The notes beneath the pieces are model-generated. The model was not told the DNA's origin. It ran no database searches and worked only from the letters and a program-made list of their open reading frames with translations. A program made the position numbers and the translations under genes. Shown piece by piece: positions 26,671 to 35,992 of a DNA stretch of 54,990 bases. How positions within the stretch are numbered: the stretch's first letter is position 1; every line of letters begins with the position of its first letter. The DNA is taken from the IMG/VR virus record IMGVR_UViG_3300049098_000031, positions 1-54,990 of that record. One strand, 5' to 3'. This DNA is from a virus (lineage: Duplodnaviria > Caudoviricetes).

Positions 26671-28226
26671 GCGTTATTTTCCACGTCCAAGTTGATAACC
26701 ACGTCGAGGTTTGCCGCCCCGAGCGTGTAATACGAAATTGATTCGACGTAGTTGTCGTCGATGATTTGTACGGCAACAGGCTGGTTTGTGTACGTGTGCG
26801 TAATTGCCTGATTGGCAGCCGTTGCTGTCTCTTCACCATCGATTTCTGTAGCGCCAACAAGGCTGCCAACAGCCGTCACGGTATAGACGCGCCACTCGTA
26901 CCCGGTGATCGCCGGGTTGATGTCGAAGCTGAACTGGTACTGCACGGCGTTGACAACAATCGTACCGCCGCCGGTCGCCTCGCAGTTTGCTTGCGAGACG
27001 TTGCAACCGTTTGTCGGGTTGATCGTGCAGGTTCCACTTGCGCCACTGTAGTTGACCTGAATCGTATTGGTGCCGAACTGGTGGCCATCGAACGTGTAAT
27101 TCCCGGGTGCCGTAATATTGATGCAGCGATTGTTACCGTCGAAGTTGAGGTTCGACAACTGGTTCATCTGAGACGCCGAACTGATCACCAGCGTACCAGT
27201 TGAGCTGTTGTTGTTGATGATGTTTCCGCCGTCAATCGACGCACCGGCAGGCGTCAACGTACCGCAGTTGTTCCAGTTGATGTTTGTTGCACTATGGCCT
27301 GACTGCATGGTCGCATTGCCGCAGGCAGTGAAGCTGTTGCCATCCTGCGTACCCATCGCCGGGAACGAGATTGTTCCCATGGCAATGAACGTCGACGACT
27401 TGAGGCTGAACGAATTGATCGTGACGCTGAAGTCGAGTTCAGCGGCAGAACCACCAACCGTCTTGCAGACGAGGCCGGTGATGTCGATGTCGGTGTTGCC
27501 GGTATTTTGCTGCGTCTCGATTTTGTACAGCGCGTTGTCGACGTTGCGGCTCGGGAATACAATCTGCTCGTCGACGGAGACGAGGTTGCAGTTTGCTGAC
27601 CCGGTGCTACCAAGAATGATCTCGCCCTTGGCGAAGATAACGCCGTCGATGTTCTCGGCGATGTTGTACTTGTTTGCCAACAGGCCGTCTTCGATAGCGA
27701 CGTCAGTGAAGTCGATAGCCTCGGTGGTATCGGAGTTGACGGTAATACCGTTGCCAAAGCGCCAGTTATCAAACCACGCGTTGACGACGTTTCGTGGCTT
27801 CGAGCCACAGTTAAAGCGCATGCCGACCTGCGTAATCGAGCCAGCCGTCACGGAGCCGGAGGTCGGCGTACTGTTGATGTCGACGATAGCGTCAGACCAG
27901 CCGCCGCCGTACGTATCTGATCCGCCGATTGTCCAGTACGCAGTGTTTGTACCGTCGGTTGCCCAAACCTGAATACCGTTGTTCGCTTGGTTTTGCAGGT
28001 TGGCGATAAAGGAAATATTGAAGTACAGTCGAATGTGGCTATTGGCGATGTTGAACGTACCAGCTACCCACGCATCGTTGGTGCCGTTGTTCGACATGGC
28101 ACAGGCTTGCGAGCCGTTGCCCTGAATCTTGATGTCCGGCTCGTCATTGAAGGTGTCGCCAGAAAACGCAGGCGACGTGGTGTCGCCGTAGCTGATCTCC
28201 GTCTGACTGGATACGACGTCAACCAT
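26667..28226 (-). CDS. putative receptor-binding / beta-helix structural protein (519 aa)
   Basis: N-terminal beta-sandwich-like segment (SITQVGMRF..WFDNWRF), then N/T/G/I-rich beta-helix-like region. Confidence 0.6.
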   Translation of the reverse strand: MVDVVSSQTEISYGDTTSPAFSGDTFNDEPDIKIQGNGSQACAMSNNGTNDAWVAGTFNIANSHIRLYFNISFIANLQNQANNGIQVWATDGTNTAYWTIGGSDTYGGGWSDAIVDINSTPTSGSVTAGSITQVGMRFNCGSKPRNVVNAWFDNWRFGNGITVNSDTTEAIDFTDVAIEDGLLANKYNIAENIDGVIFAKGEIILGSTGSANCNLVSVDEQIVFPSRNVDNALYKIETQQNTGNTDIDITGLVCKTVGGSAAELDFSVTINSFSLKSSTFIAMGTISFPAMGTQDGNSFTACGNATMQSGHSATNINWNNCGTLTPAGASIDGGNIINNNSSTGTLVISSASQMNQLSNLNFDGNNRCINITAPGNYTFDGHQFGTNTIQVNYSGASGTCTINPTNGCNVSQANCEATGGGTIVVNAVQYQFSFDINPAITGYEWRVYTVTAVGSLVGATEIDGEETATAANQAITHTYTNQPVAVQIIDDNYVESISYYTLGAANLDVVINLDVENNA

Positions 28227-28585
28227 CAGTCAATCTTCTCGAATTCTGCTGAACGTAACATGTTGTTTCTGTCGCGCTCGAAGTGTACGCGCAGTTTCTT
28301 CCAGCTTTTTTCGCCGGGTTGCTGGGCGTTCATCTTGTCGGCCATCTCGCGTACGAGCGACTCGATGAGCTGGGATTGACGTGCGGTGTTCTCGCTGGCC
28401 ATGGTCGCAATGCCCTTGGCCGCCTCGATCATCTCGTGAGCGGCAGCCATGTCAGCATCTGACACAGGATTGTCAGGTTGTAACGCAGGCATCGGAGTAA
28501 CCTGCGGCTGGTTAATCGTCAGGATTCCCTGCGATTGCAGCCGATCCGCTTCTGACTTGGTGAGCTTTGTGATTTTAGACGCCAA
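28226..28585 (-). CDS. hypothetical protein (119 aa)
   Basis: C-terminal LRVHFERDRNNMLRSA; overlaps the upstream stop. Confidence 0.7.
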   Translation of the reverse strand: MASKITKLTKSEADRLQSQGILTINQPQVTPMPALQPDNPVSDADMAAAHEMIEAAKGIATMASENTARQSQLIESLVREMADKMNAQQPGEKSWKKLRVHFERDRNNMLRSAEFEKID

Positions 28586-30272
28586 GGCACTTCCTCAACG
28601 TGTAGGTTTGGCGAAAGCGCTCTTCGATATTGTCGTACAGCTTTTTCGCGTTGATGAATCCTTCCTTAACCTCGCCGTCGACGTCGAGGACTTCACGGAA
28701 GTTGATCTGCTCCAGTGGCTTGACTTCGCGCGGAGCCGTGGCTTCGCCCTCCGGCGTCTGCGCTGCGGCTTGCTCTGGCGCGGCTGGTTGCTCCGCACGT
28801 TGTACGGTTGCCTGCCCCTCGGGGTCGACGTTGACTTGATCTCCCTTTTCTACCGGGCGGCGCGTGTTCTCGTCCGTCAGACGCGGCATGTCAGGGCGCT
28901 GGTCGTCCAGCAGACGGGTTGCTTCCGCCACGGTTGTCTCGACGTCGCTCGCATCGCCCTCAATCAGGCGTCTGTACAGGCCAACAGTGCGTTGCAGGAC
29001 TTCGTAACGCTGCGCAGCAGTGCGGTTGTCCTTGAGATCATTGGTCTGCATGAGCGCATCGATTTCTGCTCTGGAGGCTTCAATCTTTTGGCCCAGAGCA
29101 TCGACCATCTGCGCTGAACGCATGTCGGCTGCCAATTCTTGCAGGACTTCAGGATCAGCTTTGTCCTTTGTTGCGCGTTGGTACGCTTGGGTTGCCCTGA
29201 CAAGGTTATCCCGTGCGATACGTGGGTCGAAATCAGGGAACGCGTTCGGTAGTTCTTCAGGCTTCGGCTCAGGACGCAGGCCCATGTCGCTCATTTCGCG
29301 CTGCGCCATGATTTGCTCGTTCGTGGCTACGCGTGCACGTTCGAGTGCAGGCCCGTCGACGTTGATGTCGCCAGTCAGTTCAGGTGTTTGCCAATCTGTT
29401 GCCCGATGGAAGTTCTGTGCGAATTCGTCTGGAGACTGACCTTCGGGAAAACCCTTAATTCCACTGACACCAGCAGGCTGGTCGCCAAGTCCTTGACGCA
29501 GTGCAGCAATGTCCTGCGCCTGCTTTGCCTGTAGCGCACGCGCTGATTCTCTGCCGGTGACGCCACCGGTGACACCACCAACAACACCACCCATTGCGCC
29601 GCCGAGTACGGCCCCGGCACCGGTAGCCATTGCGCCGCGTCCAATGCTGTATTCGTCTTGCAGCCCAAGCTCGATGTCACGGTTCTGCATGAGTGCGTCG
29701 TGACCAAGCTCGATTCCTGCGTTCAGGGCGGCCTCGCCCTTGGCAGCCGACCACGCACCTGCCTTGATGGCATCGGAAGTTTTTGCCGCGCCCTTGACGG
29801 CCTTTCCGGCCATGGCTGCGCCAGCCGCACCCTTACCAAGGAAGCCGCCGACGAGGTTGATGGGGTCCGCGATGAGTGCGCCGGAGATGGATTTGGCTAC
29901 CTGCCAGCCGTCGACGTCGCCCATGCCGCCGTCTTGCCAGAAGAACGGCGCACGCTCGTACGCGTCTTGAAGACGCGCCTGAAGGAGTTTGAGGTCGGGA
30001 TTATCGTGCTGTTCCGCTTCGATCCAGTCGCGTCCGGCACCAACGGTGTTCAGATTTGACCACGTACGGTCGGAATACCAGCGCCGAATGGCGTCTTCGT
30101 CGTCGTCTAAACTCTCGCCCTTGACTTCGGCGTAGTAGCGCTTGATGTCGGAGATGAAGCGAGGATCGCGGAGAAGTCTGGACGGGTCGACCTCGTTGAT
30201 GTAGTTGTTACGTACATCCTCATCGAGCGCACCCGAGAATTGCCCCAAATCAAGGGGTTCAAATATTTTCAC
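28575..30272 (-). CDS. internal virion / ejection protein (565 aa)
   Basis: ADPINLVGG and G/A-rich hydrophobic helices typical of ejection proteins; GGAG before GTG. Confidence 0.7.
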   Translation of the reverse strand: MKIFEPLDLGQFSGALDEDVRNNYINEVDPSRLLRDPRFISDIKRYYAEVKGESLDDDEDAIRRWYSDRTWSNLNTVGAGRDWIEAEQHDNPDLKLLQARLQDAYERAPFFWQDGGMGDVDGWQVAKSISGALIADPINLVGGFLGKGAAGAAMAGKAVKGAAKTSDAIKAGAWSAAKGEAALNAGIELGHDALMQNRDIELGLQDEYSIGRGAMATGAGAVLGGAMGGVVGGVTGGVTGRESARALQAKQAQDIAALRQGLGDQPAGVSGIKGFPEGQSPDEFAQNFHRATDWQTPELTGDINVDGPALERARVATNEQIMAQREMSDMGLRPEPKPEELPNAFPDFDPRIARDNLVRATQAYQRATKDKADPEVLQELAADMRSAQMVDALGQKIEASRAEIDALMQTNDLKDNRTAAQRYEVLQRTVGLYRRLIEGDASDVETTVAEATRLLDDQRPDMPRLTDENTRRPVEKGDQVNVDPEGQATVQRAEQPAAPEQAAAQTPEGEATAPREVKPLEQINFREVLDVDGEVKEGFINAKKLYDNIEERFRQTYTLRKCLGV

Positions 30273-30318
30273 TTCGGTTCTCCAGTTTCCGCTTGTGTAA
30301 AGCCAGATTGTAGCTCGA

Positions 30319-30349
30319 ACTGTAGAACGCGGGGGGCGAAATGTCGTCC
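30319..30349 (-). promoter_or_regulatory. phage late-promoter motif
   Basis: GGACGAC-N18-TACAGT; one of five copies with identical spacing. Confidence 0.7.
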
Positions 30350-30353
30350 CTTA

Positions 30354-31910
30354 TTACGGCGCGAAGTTCATTCCGGTGTCGTCTCGAGCCGGTTCAGAGT
30401 CGTTGATCGGCCCGAATACGCGATTGGACATGGCCGGATGTGACGGAGGCTTGTTTGCCTCGGCCTGCTTCGCTGCTCGTTGTTGCAGAATCTGCGCCTT
30501 CTGCTTCGCCATACGCTCCAGCTCATCAACCTCTTTCAGAAGTTGATTGGTCGTATTTTCCAGACGCCACAGAACCTGCTGGTCGATTTCGTTTCTGTCG
30601 GTCTGCTCGCCCCAGTCGAGCATCCAGTTGTTCGCACGCTGCATCTGTCCCTGAATTTTTTCACGCTGGCGGTCGCTCCAACGTAAGATTTCAGCTCGTT
30701 GCGGAGGAATTGTCTTTGCCTCTTCAGCAACGGTTTGGAGGCTTTCGGTTTTGTCGATACGATCTTTTTGAGCGCGAATTGTCTTCTTGTTGCTATCCAG
30801 CGCGCTATCGAAGTCTTCGACCGAGGTCTGCACGAAGTTTACAGCCGTCATCGGAGGTGGCGCGATTTTGTTAGCCTCTGTACGGTAGAGGTTTTCGAGG
30901 GTATCGCGTTCGTCGACGCCTTGACCTTCCACTTGGTTATACCAGTCGCCCACGACGTCACTTGCCGCAGCCGCGTCTCCGTCGTACTGGTTGACGTAGC
31001 TGGTGAAAGAGGCAATGTCTTCAGGAGTCTCAAACGCGTAGCGCTGATGGCCGTACTCGATAGCCGCTTGCTTGAGCGGGTCTTCTGTTGACTTCGCAGC
31101 GGCTGCCATCTGCTTGCTTTGCGCGTCCAGTCGCTCCTCCATGCTTCCTTTGACGCTTTCGTATGCCTGCTGGTTGGCCTGCGGCTGTTGGCTGGTCAAA
31201 AGATTGTTGCGCGTGGTCTTCACGTAGTCCATGGAGTAGTCCTTCACGTCTTCCCATTGTACGCCAGCAGCGTACGCACCAGCCTGCATCGTGCCCTCGA
31301 TAAACTGGGCGCTGTTTGGGTCGCCAGACATCTGCGCCAGTTGCGGCGCAAGTTGAGTCAGGTTTTGCAGGTACGTCGCGTATGCCTTGCGCTTGCGCTC
31401 CGCCTCGGCCTGCGCTGCGGCTGCGGCGCGAGCCGCCTGTTCCTGCTGCATCTTGTGGCGCATGCCGGAAATGTTCAGGGTCTGGCTGATGCGCTGACGA
31501 TTCTTCTCGCGCGTTTCCGGGTCGTCACCGGGCATGTACTGGAGCATGTTCTCGATGATCTGCTCGTCGCTGTGCGTCGGTAGCATGCGCATCGCCATCT
31601 GCTGCATGGTGTCTGATACCTGCATTTCGCGCGTTGCGGCTTCGAGTGCGCGTGTACGCTCGTCCTGTTCCTTACGCTTGGCGTTGTCTGCGCCGATGCG
31701 TTGGATGACGTCTTGCCCCGGGACCGAGCCACGCAAGTAGTATTCTTCCGGGCCAATGACGCTTTCGAGGTAAGCGTTAAAATCCTCAGCAGAGGCGTAC
31801 GGGTTGTTGGCCTTGAAGTCCTCAAATGCGCGTGCGATGTCACGTCGACGCTTGGAGGTCTTGTTGTTCCAATTCTGATTGCCGTATGAGATTCCTGCAC
31901 CTACGAACAT
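30354..31910 (-). CDS. internal virion / ejection protein (518 aa)
   Basis: Helical Q/A/E-rich; GGAGG RBS; position. Confidence 0.65.
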   Translation of the reverse strand: MFVGAGISYGNQNWNNKTSKRRRDIARAFEDFKANNPYASAEDFNAYLESVIGPEEYYLRGSVPGQDVIQRIGADNAKRKEQDERTRALEAATREMQVSDTMQQMAMRMLPTHSDEQIIENMLQYMPGDDPETREKNRQRISQTLNISGMRHKMQQEQAARAAAAAQAEAERKRKAYATYLQNLTQLAPQLAQMSGDPNSAQFIEGTMQAGAYAAGVQWEDVKDYSMDYVKTTRNNLLTSQQPQANQQAYESVKGSMEERLDAQSKQMAAAAKSTEDPLKQAAIEYGHQRYAFETPEDIASFTSYVNQYDGDAAAASDVVGDWYNQVEGQGVDERDTLENLYRTEANKIAPPPMTAVNFVQTSVEDFDSALDSNKKTIRAQKDRIDKTESLQTVAEEAKTIPPQRAEILRWSDRQREKIQGQMQRANNWMLDWGEQTDRNEIDQQVLWRLENTTNQLLKEVDELERMAKQKAQILQQRAAKQAEANKPPSHPAMSNRVFGPINDSEPARDDTGMNFAP

Positions 31911-31922
31911 GCTTTGTCCTCC

Positions 31923-33422
31923 TTACCCGTAAACCGACGGATTGCTGGAAAATAGATCATCAAGATCGTTGCTCGTGTTCCTGTTGTTCCACCACTCGTT
32001 ACCAGTCTGAAACAGATTGCTGAATCCGGTTGCTATGTTTTCATAGCCGCTGCTCGCGGCGTCAACGGCACCAGCCCCAAGCGGCCTGAAGAAGTTGTCA
32101 GGGGCGTTCGGTCTGGCGCTACCGTAATAACTACTCGGGTCTGTCATGCCCGGGAATTGCGGCGTGAACTGGCCATCGTACGAGGATGGGTTAGCGCCTG
32201 CGGCGCTTGTTGACGTACCCATTGCGCTTGCCATGCCAAGCTCGGCGATGCCAGCAAGGCTGCGGTCGAGGATGGCGCTGCGGATGTCGAGAGGTGCGCT
32301 GTAGCTACCGGCACTGGTCAGATTACGCGGCGAGAGTACGCCGGTGCCCATGCTCAGGTAGTCGTTGATGCGAGCGCTGGTCGGATCACGCAGGCCCATC
32401 ATCGTGTTCAGCGTCATGCCCTCGCGCTTCATGATCTCGTCCATCACGCCAGAGCGTGCGGCAAGGTCAGCCTGCGCTGCATTGATCTCGTTGTTCTGAA
32501 GCCCGGTGATGTAGCCCATGGCGTCGTTGCGGGCCTGAATTCTGGCCTGATGGTAGAGCGGATTGATCTGCTCGCGCAAAAGCTCACGGCGCGATGAGTC
32601 ACCGGTGCTGCTCATGTCAACACCACTGCGTATCAGGCCAGCTTCGTTGACTGATGCTATCTTTTCGGCAGCACGGTCTGCGTCGGCCATGTAGTCGCTC
32701 AGGAACTGTGAATTGCTGCGCTCGACATCTGCTTCTGTGTAGCGTTTCGGCGGCGTGTAGTCGCCAAATTGCGCCATGACGCGATCAATCTCGTCGCCGA
32801 TGATGCCAGCCTCGGTAAGAATCTTTTCCTGCCTGTCGATGACGAACTGCCGCTCATCGTTGGCAATGCCCATCATGCGTTCGTATTCCTGCATCCGGTA
32901 CTGGTACTCCAGTTGCGATTGCAACTGATCGTTCTCGTACTGGCGTACGTCGTACTCGCGTTCGCCTTGAGCGATGGAGCGAACGTAGTCGAGTTCTTCG
33001 AGGGCGCGTTGGCGTTCTGCCTTTGAGACTTCTTCGTCGTCGATCAGTTTCTGGAGCTGGCGTTCTCGTTCCTTGGCAGCGTTTTTGTCTGCATCACTGA
33101 TGCGGTATTTCTCATACTCCTGTTCGGCGAGAAGAAAGTCACGGTTCTGCTGTACCCAGTCACGCGAATAGCCCAACTGGTCGAGCACCAACGCCTGATT
33201 CTGGTCGTTGATGCCCATGTAGTAGTCGAACATCTCGTTTTCGCGTTCTTGAGCATCCACGCCCTGCAACATCATCATGTCGCGATAGTTGTTGTCCTTG
33301 CGACGCTGCTCCTGATTTGCGTAGAACTCTTGCATGGCCAATTGCTGCTGCTGATCGGCAGACTTCATGCCCATCAGGCCGCTTGCAACCTGTAAACCAC
33401 CAGTAATGAGTGCGCCCCACAT
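31923..33422 (-). CDS. internal virion / DNA-injection protein (499 aa)
   Basis: Hydrophobic Gly-rich N-terminus MWGALITGGLQVASGLMG then long coiled coil. Confidence 0.7.
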   Translation of the reverse strand: MWGALITGGLQVASGLMGMKSADQQQQLAMQEFYANQEQRRKDNNYRDMMMLQGVDAQERENEMFDYYMGINDQNQALVLDQLGYSRDWVQQNRDFLLAEQEYEKYRISDADKNAAKERERQLQKLIDDEEVSKAERQRALEELDYVRSIAQGEREYDVRQYENDQLQSQLEYQYRMQEYERMMGIANDERQFVIDRQEKILTEAGIIGDEIDRVMAQFGDYTPPKRYTEADVERSNSQFLSDYMADADRAAEKIASVNEAGLIRSGVDMSSTGDSSRRELLREQINPLYHQARIQARNDAMGYITGLQNNEINAAQADLAARSGVMDEIMKREGMTLNTMMGLRDPTSARINDYLSMGTGVLSPRNLTSAGSYSAPLDIRSAILDRSLAGIAELGMASAMGTSTSAAGANPSSYDGQFTPQFPGMTDPSSYYGSARPNAPDNFFRPLGAGAVDAASSGYENIATGFSNLFQTGNEWWNNRNTSNDLDDLFSSNPSVYG

Positions 33423-33434
33423 AATCTTCTCCGG

Positions 33435-35990
33435 TTATCCGAACAGCCTTCCGTACTGGGAAAGCAATTGTTGCGCCGCCAGCTCGTCTTTCTCGCCTAC
33501 GCGAGATACCAGCGCCTGAAATTCCTCTGCCGACAGGTTTGGAATGTTGATTCCGCCAAGCGCCATATTGCGATCAATGCCGTGTACGCCTCGTCTTGTT
33601 GCCTCGCGTTCCTCTTCCTTGCGACGAGCCAACCGATCAAGGTCGCCTTGAATACGTGACTCTTCCCCGGTAATCAGGCCAAGGATAGCATCAAGTTCGT
33701 CTTGTGCCTGCACAGCTTTGTACTGATCGCTCTCGCCAGCCAGAGGGTCATACAAGCCGCGCATGCGCTGAACGTCGTCCATACCGTAGAACGGCGTATC
33801 CTGCGTCTGGCCAAGGAGTTGCTGTGCGCGATTCTCGATTCCGCCACGATAGTCGCCAAGCTCGCCGAGGCGGCTGTTGATCGCTTCAATGATGTCGTTT
33901 GTCGACGCCATGTCTTGCGCTGTTTGGCCGCCGGTGTACAGGCCAAGATCGCGCTGCGCACCCTCAACGCCCGAGATCGCGTCCATCATGGCCTGCTCAT
34001 TCCAAAGGTCTGCGTCGCGTGCAGACTGGCCAAAGCCTTGCGCACGTCCAAGGATTTCGTCGATTGCGCCACGACGCTCCTGATAGCGAGACTGGACTGC
34101 CTGCTCGGCACCAAATAACTGGTCGAGAAGGTCGGTCATGTCTGGATCAAGCTCGCTCTCAAAGCCGCCAATGCGGTTGCGCAAGTCGTCGATTTGAGCA
34201 TTTGCCGAATCAAACTGCGATCCTGCCCGCAAATTGAGTTCCGGTGCCCGCTCAAGCAGACCGGAAATACTTTCTCCGAACCCTGTACGCGCCTGATTGA
34301 CACGATCAAGCTCGCTTTCGCGCCTGCTGCGTAGTGCGTCTACGCGAGAATCAAGGCCGCCGAGAGCGCCGGTGATGTCGCTGAAGTCTGTCGAGATCGG
34401 CGTGTTGAATCCTTCCGCCTGTGAAAGCACAGAGGCAATTTCGCTATCCAGTGATTCGATAGCGTCTGCATCACGAATCGTAGTTCCCTCAACCGATTCG
34501 CCCAGCGTGCCAAGACGATCCTGCAAGCCAGTACGGAACTGGTCGATGCGGCCTGCCTCTTGGTCGTACGCAGCGTTTTGGCTACCAAGCCAGCTTCCGA
34601 TTTCACCAAGCTCAGACTGGAGGCCGCCGAACCCCGGGTTGGCCAAGTCGGATTCGTAAGAAGATAACTGGCTTTGCAGATCACCATACTGCGACCCAAG
34701 CATGTCGAGGATGCCGTTGCCGTAGATGTCTTCGTCTTTCGCGTTCGCCCAGTATCCATCAATGCTGTCGCCCATACGTCCACGAAAGGCGTCATCGCGG
34801 CTGACTGCGGCGTTGCGATCTGACTTGATGTCCTTGAAGCGGTTTTGCGCCTTGACCAGATCGTCGATGTACTGATTCAGCGTGTTTTGATTGAAGCCGA
34901 CCGACTTCACGTTCGGATCGTACGCGTCGAGCGCAGTACGGAAACGAGGCGTGTTGTCCTTCATGTTTTCGTAACGGCGGTCGAAAAAGCCATGGATGTC
35001 GCCGGTACGTGGCTTGTATTCCATGAGCTTGTCGATGTCGATGTTTCCCAAACGCTCTTGGGTGGCCAACAGTTGATCAAGAAACGCTTGGTTATCCTGC
35101 ACGTTGTTGATGTTGATGCCAGACAGTTTGTCGCCAAAGCCTGACGCCAGCTTTTCGATGTCGCTTAACTCGTTCGTGTACTTGTTCAGCAGGTTGTTGT
35201 AGTCACGTTCCTGCTCGCGCCTGTACTGGTTCTCGCTGTCGAGGTACTTGTCGTTGAAAGCGGCGGCCATGTCGTAGCCGGTGTTATTCCAGTCCTTGTA
35301 GTAGTTTTGATCGTAATACCAGTTGTTCAGGCCGTTGTTGTCCCAGTTCGTGAAGTGCAGCGACTCCAACCCCTCCACCGGATCGTCGGTGAAGTAGATG
35401 TTGTTCATCGCCATCATCGGGTCGTTGTAATACTGCGACTCGCTGGTGTACGGGCTGTTCGTCGGGCCAATACCCCAGCCAGACCAGTTGCGCCCCATCT
35501 CGGAAATTACCCTGTGGTCTTGGTCTGGCATGAATTCTTGGCTATGAACCAAGCCGGGGTAGTAGCTGTCGTATGGCTTGCCGCCACTGGCATAGCCGTC
35601 AGCCCTGTTCCAGCCTTGACTCTCGATATAGGAATCAAGGACGCTGCCGCCGCGCCCGCTGAGCCGGTCGGTCTGCATCTGCCCAGAATCGTTTAAGTGC
35701 GTACGGAAGAAAGCGTCGTCGTTCGTGTTACCCCACTCATAGTCGTAATAACCGGAAACCTTATCCGGGTCTTCCCAATCCATCCAACCAGCGTCGTTCT
35801 TGTACACGAGGTTGTCTGGAAGCGTGTAGCCGAACTGGTTTTCCGGGTTGTACATCGGGCGGGTGTCGTAGTAGCCGTCACGAACACCGCTGGGCTGACT
35901 GTTGTTGTAATCGTACTTGTAGCTCAAGTCAGCCGTCTGGCCGAAGAACGGATAGTAGCCGCCGAGATATGGAGTGAGGTTAGCCGCCAT
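33435..35990 (-). CDS. putative internal virion protein (851 aa), paralog of 35993-37813
   Basis: Y/D/N/W/G-rich N-terminus; C-terminal ~450 aa collinear with the neighbour. Confidence 0.7.
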   Translation of the reverse strand: MAANLTPYLGGYYPFFGQTADLSYKYDYNNSQPSGVRDGYYDTRPMYNPENQFGYTLPDNLVYKNDAGWMDWEDPDKVSGYYDYEWGNTNDDAFFRTHLNDSGQMQTDRLSGRGGSVLDSYIESQGWNRADGYASGGKPYDSYYPGLVHSQEFMPDQDHRVISEMGRNWSGWGIGPTNSPYTSESQYYNDPMMAMNNIYFTDDPVEGLESLHFTNWDNNGLNNWYYDQNYYKDWNNTGYDMAAAFNDKYLDSENQYRREQERDYNNLLNKYTNELSDIEKLASGFGDKLSGININNVQDNQAFLDQLLATQERLGNIDIDKLMEYKPRTGDIHGFFDRRYENMKDNTPRFRTALDAYDPNVKSVGFNQNTLNQYIDDLVKAQNRFKDIKSDRNAAVSRDDAFRGRMGDSIDGYWANAKDEDIYGNGILDMLGSQYGDLQSQLSSYESDLANPGFGGLQSELGEIGSWLGSQNAAYDQEAGRIDQFRTGLQDRLGTLGESVEGTTIRDADAIESLDSEIASVLSQAEGFNTPISTDFSDITGALGGLDSRVDALRSRRESELDRVNQARTGFGESISGLLERAPELNLRAGSQFDSANAQIDDLRNRIGGFESELDPDMTDLLDQLFGAEQAVQSRYQERRGAIDEILGRAQGFGQSARDADLWNEQAMMDAISGVEGAQRDLGLYTGGQTAQDMASTNDIIEAINSRLGELGDYRGGIENRAQQLLGQTQDTPFYGMDDVQRMRGLYDPLAGESDQYKAVQAQDELDAILGLITGEESRIQGDLDRLARRKEEEREATRRGVHGIDRNMALGGINIPNLSAEEFQALVSRVGEKDELAAQQLLSQYGRLFG

Positions 35991-35992
35991 CG

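Noticed and set aside
28575-30272. Pseudogene or broken N-terminal fragment of the giant protein
   Set aside because: Has its own RBS and promoter and a clean coupled stop; the 2867-aa gene has its own AGGAG start, so both look like intact genes
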